Assembly: GCA_964465205.1 (NCBI GenBank)
Contig: CAYXJO010000004.1
Span: 9,671 to 73,670 of the forward strand
DNA from: an uncultured Gammaproteobacteria bacterium
GTDB lineage: Bacteria; Patescibacteriota; Patescibacteriia; Magasanikbacterales; GWA2-37-8
Length of the DNA stretch: 64,000 nucleotides
Reading direction: 5' to 3'
The position numbers were made by a program, and so were the translations under genes. Under the pieces are notes generated by a model. That model ran no database searches, was not told the origin of the DNA, and saw nothing but the letters and a program-made list of their open reading frames with translations. Shown in pieces: positions 9,668-17,389 of the stretch (within the stretch, counting starts at the first letter, position 1; every line of letters begins with the position of its first letter).

Positions 9668-10513
9668 ATGTCCGACAAGAACCAGACCCCCGAAAACGGA
9701 ACCGAAACCAACCAGACCCCCGAAATCCCCAAGGACAAGAAGGAGAATCCCATGCCCGAACCGAAGAAGACCCTGCCCCAGAAGTTCGACTACAACACCG
9801 GCCGCGAGCCCAAACATGCCGACGGCAGCAACCACGGCGCGCTGTGGTTCGTCGCCATCGCGGCGCTCGTGCTCGCCATCGGCGGCCTGGCGCTCGGAAG
9901 CGTGAACTACAGCGACATCGGCGGCTTGACGACCCTCATCAAGGGCCACAGCACCGACATCGCCAACTTGGTCAAAGAGAACGACGCCCGCAAAGCCGAG
10001 AACGACGACATGTATCTCAACCACGTCATGCCGGCCGAGGACGCCATCAGCGGCCTCAAGGTTCGCATGAACACCGCCGAAGGCACCATCAACGCCCACG
10101 GCAAGGCCATCACGGACGCCGAGAAGAACATCGTGTGGCTCACCGGCCAGAACAAGAAGGTCAACAAGGCGCTCTCGGAAAATGCCGAAACCGTCAAGAA
10201 TCAGGGCAAGACCATCGGTCAGTACGGCCAGAATTTCGAAAAGGTCAACGGCACGCTCGTCAAGCACGACGACCGCCTCGACTCGCTCGAAAAACGCCCC
10301 ATGACCAACAAGGCCAATCCCTTGTCCACCGGCGGCCCCACGGTCCTGTGGTGCGCGGGCAGCCTGAACAACCGGTTCGGCTGTCTGAACGACAAGCCCG
10401 TCGAGAAAGAGGTCGACGCGATCAAGCTCGCCTGCGGACCCGGCGGCTCGAAGAACGTCGCGAAGTTCGAAAACGGAACTTACGGCGATTTCGCCCCGGT
10501 CAACTGCAACTAG
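9668..10513 (+). CDS. Membrane-anchored coiled-coil protein (281 aa) with a single N-terminal TM helix and a 4-Cys C-terminal domain. First gene of the GC-rich island.
   Basis: AAGGAG RBS 8 nt upstream of the ATG. TM segment ALWFVAIAALVLAIGGLALGSV. Heptad-like region rich in K/E/N. Cys residues in the last 60 aa. GC is about 62%. Confidence 0.7.
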   Translation: MSDKNQTPENGTETNQTPEIPKDKKENPMPEPKKTLPQKFDYNTGREPKHADGSNHGALWFVAIAALVLAIGGLALGSVNYSDIGGLTTLIKGHSTDIANLVKENDARKAENDDMYLNHVMPAEDAISGLKVRMNTAEGTINAHGKAITDAEKNIVWLTGQNKKVNKALSENAETVKNQGKTIGQYGQNFEKVNGTLVKHDDRLDSLEKRPMTNKANPLSTGGPTVLWCAGSLNNRFGCLNDKPVEKEVDAIKLACGPGGSKNVAKFENGTYGDFAPVNCN

Positions 10514-10777
10514 GCCACCTCACTACTACACATGCTCTTTCGGCGTGGGACCCTCCGGGGTTCCACGCCACTCTTACATTGTTTATGATAGTCCCTTTTT
10601 AGGGACATATCATAGACAGCGTAGGAGTTAAGTCCTTTACATTTTAGAAGTCGTTAAGACCTTTCTGAGAGTTCCTGGTACAAAGAGAGGAACTATTTTA
10701 GTTTCTGTCTCTGTACCATGAACTTATTACCCACGATGTTCGTCACTTTCCTGCCGCAATGGCAAAGGAGGCTCGCA

Positions 10778-11401
10778 ATGAAACACCTATCCCTGTCTTT
10801 GGCGTTTATCGCCGCCCTGCTCATCTTCGGTTCCTTGGCCAACGCCTCGGAAGCCGACAACCCGCCCGTTGGTTGGCAGAACATTCCTCAGCTCCCGGAA
10901 AACAAGGAAGCCTGCAAGCTCGTCCCGGCCCTCACCCTCTTCGGAGGCGGCGGCTATGTGACCGGCGTCGAGAATCGCGGCAAACAACACGGCGAAGGCT
11001 TCGGTCTGGCCGTGGGATCGCTCGCGTTCAGCTTCCGCGCCACCCAGCACTTCATCGTCACTCCGCAACTTGACTTCGGTCTGGGCGGAGCGAAGAATGG
11101 TCGCTGGACCAGCTCGCTTGGCGTTCTGTTCGGAGGCCGTACGTATGGCGACGGGTTTCGTTTGTCCGCCGGGTTTTCCTGGGTGACTTACAACAACCTG
11201 GCCATCAAGGACGGCGGCTGGTGGTTGAACGGCGTGGGATTCCCCGTCAAGATGGACTTTAAACCGTGGGACAACAAGTACCCGGTTTTCTTCTCCATCA
11301 TGGCGACCCCGTTCGTCGGTATCAACCGCGGCAAGCACACCGGCGGCGGCCTGGAATTCCTGGGCGCTGGCATCGGCGGCGACTTGCCCTCGCCATTCTG
11401 A
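10778..11401 (+). CDS. Secreted OMP-like small beta-barrel protein (208 aa, C-terminal Phe)
   Basis: AGGAGG RBS and a signal peptide MKHLSLSLAFIAALLIFGSLANA with an A-N-A cleavage site. Gly/aromatic-rich amphipathic strands. The protein ends ...DLPSPF. The ORF-track start at 10718 is an upstream in-frame extension. Confidence 0.5.
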   Translation: MKHLSLSLAFIAALLIFGSLANASEADNPPVGWQNIPQLPENKEACKLVPALTLFGGGGYVTGVENRGKQHGEGFGLAVGSLAFSFRATQHFIVTPQLDFGLGGAKNGRWTSSLGVLFGGRTYGDGFRLSAGFSWVTYNNLAIKDGGWWLNGVGFPVKMDFKPWDNKYPVFFSIMATPFVGINRGKHTGGGLEFLGAGIGGDLPSPF

Positions 11402-11421
11402 TCTCAACGACTTCTCAACCC

Positions 11422-11460
11422 AGGTGGGCCGAGCTTCAGCTCGGTCCCACCCATTTTTAG
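11422..11460 (+). terminator. Intrinsic terminator after the OMP-like gene
   Basis: Hairpin GTGGGCCGAGC-TTCA-GCTCGGTCCCAC followed by CCATTTTT. Confidence 0.6.
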
Positions 11461-11681
11461 TGGTCACAATGATTTGTGAATACTAAAAAAGACATAAATT
11501 TATTTGTGTCTTGAGTTCATTAAAATTCGGATTAGAAAAACAAACACTTGGTACAAAGTTGATTGTCTCTTTGGTAATTAGCTTTGTGCCAAGTGATAAA
11601 TTCGGCGAGGTACAAAGCGTAGTGCTTTGTCCGCCGGTGAAAATTGAAAGCGTGTTCTCTACCACAAAGGAGTTTGAAGCC

Positions 11682-13145
11682 ATGAAACACACGATGCTGC
11701 TGGTTCTGATTGCCCTGATCGCGGCCCTGTTCACCATCGGTTGTTCGGCGGCGGGCGAAGACGCCCCCCAGAACATCATCGACGGCGACTCGACCGTGGA
11801 CGGCGACACCAACGAGGCCACCGAGGCCGACGGCGACTCCCAGGCCGAAGACGGGGATACCACGGAAGCGACCGAAGAGGAAAGCGAAAGCGAAACCTCG
11901 GACGGCGACTCGACCGTGGACGGCGACTCGAACGAAGGCGAACAGCCCGAGACCGAAGAAGCCGACACCGACACCACCCCCTACATCTGCCCCGGCACGA
12001 AGTTCGTGACCGGGCCGGCCGTGACCTGGCTGCAGAGCTGGGCCACCGGCGAGGAAAATCCCATCGACGCCGCCGGCACGTCTTGCACGTGTCCGGAAAG
12101 CGGCTGCGGACAGCAGCCCTGCGCGTGGTTGAACCCGCCGCGGAACTCGCGCATCACCACCTCGAACGGCACCTGCACCACCGAAGGCGACGACATCACC
12201 CTGTGCTACTACATGTCGCCGAGCCCGTCTCAGGAAACGTATGCGCCTTTCGTTACCCCCCAGGGTACGAAAGTCTGCACGCATGACGGACTTTACAGCG
12301 GCGCCCACGTCGAAGTCGACGGCGACACCGATACGGTGCTCCCCGACGGCGACTCGAACGAAGGCGAAGAAGAGGTGGACAACACCGAGACCGCCGACGG
12401 GGACATCGTTCCCGACGGGGACTCGGATACCACCGAGGCCGAACAAGAAGCCGACACGGAAGTCCCGGTGAACGAATGCCTGAGCAATGCGAATTGCGAC
12501 GACGGCCAAGCGTGCACCTATGACGAGTGCGTGTTTCTCACTTCGGGCAACCGCTGCGTTCGTTCGAACGAGGCCAACGGATCGCATTGCGACCCTGGCG
12601 TCAGCTTCGACGACGGATACTGCTACGAGGGTTCCTGCCACGGTTTCAACAACTGCGAGTCGAACCTCGACTGCCCCATGATTGACAACTGCAACTCGCA
12701 GCTCTGCATCATGGGCGAGTGTTACCCCAGCGAATCGGCGCCCCGTCCGGGCATTACCTGCGACGACGACAACCCCGATACCTACAGCGACGTTTGCAAC
12801 AGCAACGGCGTCTGCGAGGGAACTCCCAACGGGCAACAGACCGGTTTCGGGACTTGGGCCCTGCTGTTCGGCATGACCAATTGCCCCTCCTGGACGGTCG
12901 GCATCGACCATACCGGCAATGAGTCCGGCCCGAATGCTGAACACCAGGAAGACAGCGTCTGCTATTCCCGCACTGTGGGCGACAATCAAGCCCATTCGAT
13001 CTGGGGCCACATTGACCCCTGGGGTACGCAGCCTCCGGCCGGAATGAAGGTGCTCTGCACCACAAAGTACGGTACCCAATATTGGACCCCATGGGTTCAG
13101 GGTAACGGCGGCTGGTGGTTCGTCTGTTCCAACGACGGCCACTAA
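11682..13145 (+). CDS. Acidic Cys-rich secreted lipoprotein (487 aa), paralog of the next gene
   Basis: AGGAG RBS. Lipoprotein signal MKHTMLLVLIALIAALFTIGC (lipobox TIGC). The segment after the lipobox Cys is a DGD/TE/EA acidic low-complexity linker. The C-terminal half has many Cys in CxDG.xC patterns. The ORF-track start at 11511 is an in-frame upstream extension through the leader. Confidence 0.75.
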   Translation: MKHTMLLVLIALIAALFTIGCSAAGEDAPQNIIDGDSTVDGDTNEATEADGDSQAEDGDTTEATEEESESETSDGDSTVDGDSNEGEQPETEEADTDTTPYICPGTKFVTGPAVTWLQSWATGEENPIDAAGTSCTCPESGCGQQPCAWLNPPRNSRITTSNGTCTTEGDDITLCYYMSPSPSQETYAPFVTPQGTKVCTHDGLYSGAHVEVDGDTDTVLPDGDSNEGEEEVDNTETADGDIVPDGDSDTTEAEQEADTEVPVNECLSNANCDDGQACTYDECVFLTSGNRCVRSNEANGSHCDPGVSFDDGYCYEGSCHGFNNCESNLDCPMIDNCNSQLCIMGECYPSESAPRPGITCDDDNPDTYSDVCNSNGVCEGTPNGQQTGFGTWALLFGMTNCPSWTVGIDHTGNESGPNAEHQEDSVCYSRTVGDNQAHSIWGHIDPWGTQPPAGMKVLCTTKYGTQYWTPWVQGNGGWWFVCSNDGH

Positions 13146-13493
13146 ACCACCCCACCCGCACGGCGGGCTAATCCGATCACATAACCTAGGGCGGCAGGCT
13201 TCGGCTTGCCCCCTAGGCCTTTTACTTGAGATCATTATTCGTAGTGCTCTCAAGAAAAAGTTGTTTACCAACTATAGAAATTTCCTTACCTGCGGGCGCT
13301 TGTCCTTGTGCGTGAGGTTCGGGAGATTTTTGTGGTGGATAGGCAACTATCCAACATGATCCACTGTGTCTCTCTCCCAGTGGATTTTTGTTTCAACGGA
13401 GAGTTGCCCTTTGAAAATTGAGGATTAGAAAAACAACAACACACACGTCCACGTCTCGTTCCCATCTTTGCATGAAGAAAGGAGAAAATTCTC

Positions 13494-16400
13494 ATGCACC
13501 ACACGTCCCTTTCCCAAAAGTTACTTTTTGTGCTCTCGGTCTTGGCATTTCTCGTGATTGCTGGCTGTGGGAGCACCACCGTTACTACTGACGCCAATGA
13601 CGGCGACATGGAAGCGGTGGAATTGGACAATTCCGATGGGGACGAACCCATCAATGACGGCGACATCGAAAAAACGGAAGCCGAAGCCGACCAGGCCGAA
13701 GCGGAAGAAGATTCGACGGAAGCCGACACCGACACCGACGGCGACACGGAAGTTGAAAATTGCCAGAACTGGTACCCGGTTACCCCGCAGGTTGCTTTTT
13801 GCGATCTATTGGAGGAAGACCTCGGCCGCTTGGAGCGGATTTGCTACCAAGAGCAGCCGTCGCGACGCGAATGCTCGACCACCAAGGTCGGCGCGATCGG
13901 TTTCCAGTGCTCTATGGGAGCTACCTTCGTCATTTGCTATGACACGAATGGCGCGCCGGTTACCCCGGTCGTCTGTATCGTGAATGGCGAACGGACGCCG
14001 GCGATGGATAGCATCGCGGACACGGGTTTCCCGGGTTGCGACTATACCGTCATGCCGGTGGACGGCGACGAAGAGGAAGGCGAAAGCGAAGGCGAGACTG
14101 AAGAAGTCGAACCGGCCGACGGCGACACGGAAGTTTTGCCTGACGGCGACACCGAAGAGGTGCTCCCCGATGGCGATACGACCGAACAGCCCGAGGCCGA
14201 AGCTGAGGCGGACAACACCGAAGCCGTCGACGGGGACATTATTCCCGACGGCGACTCGGATATCACCGAGATCGACTCTGACCCCGAGTTGCCCCCGGTT
14301 TGCGAACCGGCGTGCGTGAGCGACGATCCTTGCAAACAGGCGGTGTGCGTCAATGGCACCTGCTTGTACGATTTGCTCACGGGCCTCGCCTGCGACGACG
14401 GCAACGCCTGCACGCGCGTGGATACGTGCTTGCTGGGCGAGTGCATCGGCGGCGACGAAGTCGTGTGTCAGGCCCTGGACCAGTGCCATTTGGTGGGGGA
14501 ATGTAACCCCGCCACCGGCACCTGCACCAGCCCGGCCGCAAACGACGGCACGCCCTGCAACGACGTGAGTCTCTGCACCACCCTCGACACCTGTTTGTCC
14601 GGCGTGTGCGGCGGCGCCGCCGTCGTGTGCAATGATAACAACGGTTGCACGAACGACTCGTGCGACCCGGAGCACGGCTGCGCGTTCGAACCAAATCTCA
14701 ACGCTTGCGACGATCACAACGCTTGCACCACGGGCGACATCTGTTCGAACGGCGGCTGCAGCGGCACGACCATCTCCTGCGACGATCTCAACCCCTGCAC
14801 CGACGACTCGTGCGACGCCGTTCTCGGCTGTCGCCATGTGCCCAACACCGCGTCCTGCGACGATGGCAATTGGTGCACGGTCGGCGACGTGTGCGGAGGC
14901 GGCACCTGCCACTCCGGCGCCACGCGCGACTGTTCAACCTTTGACTCGCAGTGCTCTAAAGGCATCTGCGACGAAGCCAACGATCAGTGCGTCAGCGATC
15001 CGCGTCCCCTCGAAGGGAAGTTGTGCGACGCCGACGCCAACGGCTGCACCAAAGACGATTACTGCCACGCGGGCGACTGCGTGAAGGGTACCGTCGTGGA
15101 CTGCACCGGGCAGAACGACCAGTGCAATACTGGCGTCTGCTATTCGACCGGCAACAATTCGTCCGTCTGCCTCAAGGACCCGACGCCGAAGCAGGGTAAC
15201 ATCTGCGACGACGGGGCCTATTGCACCATGGGGGAAACTTGCAACAACGGGGAGTGCATGAACGGCACCGCCCGCAATTGCACCGTTTTCACCGATCAAT
15301 GCAACGTGGGTACGTGCGACGAAACGCACGACACCTGCGTTCCTGTGGCCGTGGTAAACGGAACGGTCTGCAACGACGACAGCCTCTGCACCCAGAGCGA
15401 CACATGTCAATTTGGGATTTGCAAAGGCGATAACCCCGTCGTGTGTGGAGCACAGGACCAGTGCCATTTCGTGGGCACTTGTAACCCGTCCACCGGGACG
15501 TGTTCGAATCCGGTCAAACCGGACAACACGACCTGCGATGACGGTTCGCTGTGCACCAAGGAAGACAAGTGTACGGCCGGCACCTGCGGAGGCAGCACCG
15601 TTTTGTGCGACGACAACAATGTTTGCACGGACGACGTCTGTTTGCCTAAGGCCGGATGTCTGCACGCCAACAACTTCAACCCCTGCGACGACGGCAACGC
15701 CTGTACGCAGGGCGACATGTGCGGATACGGTCGATGCGAGGGCGAAGCGGTCGTCTGCGATGATGGCAACGTCTGCACGGACGACTATTGCGACATCGCC
15801 GCCGGCTGCAAAGCGGCTTTAAACGCCGCCCCTTGCGACGACAGCAACGCCTGCACCCAGGTTGACACCTGCTTGCTCGGTCAGTGCGTCGGGGGCAACC
15901 CTAAGACGTGCCCGGCCGAAGACGAATGCACCTATGCCGGCATCTGCGAACCGTCGGACGGGTTGTGTCGTGTTCAGTTCAAGCCTGAAGGTCTGCGTTG
16001 CAACGATAACGACAGTTGTACCGTCGGCGAGTACTGCGCTCTCGGTGTGTGCGGCGATGGCATTAGCCCCTGTGGCAGCCAGCACTGTCAGCCGATGAGT
16101 CCGAGCGGATACTACTGCTCGGAGTGTTGGAACGACGGCGATTGTCAGAGTGGATTCGCGTGCCTGCATCACGTTTGCGTCGATACCGCATGCGACGATG
16201 ACAATGCCTGTACGGTCGATACATTCAATCCGGTTATGGGTTGTCGCCACGATCAACGCACCTGCGACGACGGCAACGCCTGCACGTTCGACTTCTGCGA
16301 CACCATCGCCGGCTGCAAAACATTCCCGCTTTCGGGGATCGCGTGTAGCTCGGCCGATCCGAACGTGTGCAATGTGTATAAATGCAGCGCCGGGTCGTGC

Positions 16401-17069
16401 GATTACGATCACATGAAGAATTGCACGGACTACGACCGCACCACGGCCGATTCGTGCAACCCAACCACTGGCGAATGCATATACGACCCCATCCCCACCG
16501 ACGGCGACAGCGACGGCGATACCGAAACTGAAGCCGAGATTGATATAACCGACGGCGACCTCGACACCGAGAACGACACCGAAGAAACGCCGGCGTGCAT
16601 CCCGGCCAACTGCGACGACCAAAACCCCTATACGACGGATATTTGCGAGGCCGGCAACTGCCGCCACGTGGATAATCTCGCGCGGGCCTTTGTAATGCAG
16701 TTGCCGATTAACACCCAGATCACCAACGTGATCTTGTGGCCCACTGCGGGCACCGGCTATATCCATGACTACGTCGTCGCCACCGAATTACCAAAGGTTG
16801 ACACCAACGGCGACAGCGTGGTGGATTCGTACGAACTGGATATCTTGGCCGAGTTCTTGGCCGGACGTATCACGGAGCTGCCCGGTTCCGCCCAGGTGAT
16901 CTACCCGGGGTGGGACGGCGACGGCTTCCCGTGTTCGCCGCCTACGCCTACCGGCATCTGTCTGCTCAGCGACGGCACCACCGTTCAGCTGGTCTGGATG
17001 GCGGGCGGTCGTAACGCCCTTGGATGCCCATGGGACGGAGCGGTCGGATTCCCGATCGTTTGTCACTAA
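13494..17069 (+). CDS. Giant acidic lipoprotein (1191 aa) made of about 20 tandem 38-42-aa Cys-rich repeats (C[DN]DGNACT.[DG]D.C..G.C). These resemble the Myxococcus-type cysteine-rich repeat. A C-terminal dockerin/EF-hand-like loop reads DTNGDSVVDSYELD.
   Basis: RBS GAAAGGAG. Lipobox IAGC in MHHTSLSQKLLFVLSVLAFLVIAGC. Acidic DGDTE linkers. The linker DNTEAVDGDIIPDGDSDITE is nearly identical to DNTETADGDIVPDGDSDTTE in the upstream paralog. GC3 is very high. Confidence 0.8.
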   Translation: MHHTSLSQKLLFVLSVLAFLVIAGCGSTTVTTDANDGDMEAVELDNSDGDEPINDGDIEKTEAEADQAEAEEDSTEADTDTDGDTEVENCQNWYPVTPQVAFCDLLEEDLGRLERICYQEQPSRRECSTTKVGAIGFQCSMGATFVICYDTNGAPVTPVVCIVNGERTPAMDSIADTGFPGCDYTVMPVDGDEEEGESEGETEEVEPADGDTEVLPDGDTEEVLPDGDTTEQPEAEAEADNTEAVDGDIIPDGDSDITEIDSDPELPPVCEPACVSDDPCKQAVCVNGTCLYDLLTGLACDDGNACTRVDTCLLGECIGGDEVVCQALDQCHLVGECNPATGTCTSPAANDGTPCNDVSLCTTLDTCLSGVCGGAAVVCNDNNGCTNDSCDPEHGCAFEPNLNACDDHNACTTGDICSNGGCSGTTISCDDLNPCTDDSCDAVLGCRHVPNTASCDDGNWCTVGDVCGGGTCHSGATRDCSTFDSQCSKGICDEANDQCVSDPRPLEGKLCDADANGCTKDDYCHAGDCVKGTVVDCTGQNDQCNTGVCYSTGNNSSVCLKDPTPKQGNICDDGAYCTMGETCNNGECMNGTARNCTVFTDQCNVGTCDETHDTCVPVAVVNGTVCNDDSLCTQSDTCQFGICKGDNPVVCGAQDQCHFVGTCNPSTGTCSNPVKPDNTTCDDGSLCTKEDKCTAGTCGGSTVLCDDNNVCTDDVCLPKAGCLHANNFNPCDDGNACTQGDMCGYGRCEGEAVVCDDGNVCTDDYCDIAAGCKAALNAAPCDDSNACTQVDTCLLGQCVGGNPKTCPAEDECTYAGICEPSDGLCRVQFKPEGLRCNDNDSCTVGEYCALGVCGDGISPCGSQHCQPMSPSGYYCSECWNDGDCQSGFACLHHVCVDTACDDDNACTVDTFNPVMGCRHDQRTCDDGNACTFDFCDTIAGCKTFPLSGIACSSADPNVCNVYKCSAGSCDYDHMKNCTDYDRTTADSCNPTTGECIYDPIPTDGDSDGDTETEAEIDITDGDLDTENDTEETPACIPANCDDQNPYTTDICEAGNCRHVDNLARAFVMQLPINTQITNVILWPTAGTGYIHDYVVATELPKVDTNGDSVVDSYELDILAEFLAGRITELPGSAQVIYPGWDGDGFPCSPPTPTGICLLSDGTTVQLVWMAGGRNALGCPWDGAVGFPIVCH

Positions 17070-17078
17070 TCCTCAACG

Positions 17079-17140
17079 CCCCCTAGGGGGCACAACCGGC
17101 TCGGGGGGGGGAGAAATCTCCCCCCGGCCAAATATTTTTC
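17079..17140 (+). terminator. GC-rich palindromes and terminator at the end of the island
   Basis: Perfect palindrome CCCCCTAGGGGG, followed by hairpin GGGGGGGGAGAAATCTCCCCCC and a T-run. Confidence 0.5.
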
Positions 17141-17267
17141 TATCAATCAAATGCTTGAATACAAAAATTATTCAAACATCCGATTGGCAGATTAATTTCC
17201 GCCAAAACAAAAATTCCACCTTTTTCTCTCTCTAGGTGGATTTTTGTTTTCAAAAACAAATAAAAAA

Positions 17268-17382
17268 ATAGCCGTATAGATATTGGTTTTCGCCAGCGGC
17301 CATCGCACCCCGCCGTGCGGGGCGTAGCGCCGACAATCCGGCGCAAGTCTGGCCGCCAGAAAACTAATATCTATACGGCTAT
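17268..17382. repeat. GC-rich palindromic structured element, copy 1 (115 bp)
   Basis: An about 80-nt GC-rich core contains internal hairpins CCCCGC-CGT-GCGGGG and GCGCCG-ACAATC-CGGCGC. It is flanked by a perfect 17-bp AT-rich inverted repeat ATAGCCGTATAGATATT / AATATCTATACGGCTAT. Confidence 0.6.
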
Positions 17383-17389
17383 TATAATT

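Noticed and set aside
11683-16600. Repetitive DGDTE/DGDSD-coding DNA and Cys-repeat DNA considered as a possible CRISPR array or tandem DNA repeat
   Set aside because: The periodicity is at the protein level (imperfect 38-42-aa units) within one open reading frame. There is no identical 25-40-bp direct repeat with unique spacers and no cas genes.
9563-16766. Numerous long antisense or alternative-frame ORFs inside the GC-rich island (e.g. 9563-10267 minus, 9646-10602 plus Arg-rich, 11532-13271 minus 579 aa, 13806-14912 minus, 14934-15665 minus, 15819-16766 minus)
   Set aside because: High GC suppresses stop codons in all frames. These frames give Arg/Ala/Gly/Val-rich low-complexity translations and lack RBSs. 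The sense-strand genes have RBSs, signal peptides and repeat structure.
17285-17365. GC-rich 80-nt cores tested as tRNA or tmRNA-like genes
   Set aside because: They lack the GTTCRANYC T-loop, the D-arm pattern and an acceptor stem. They fold as a multi-hairpin palindrome instead.
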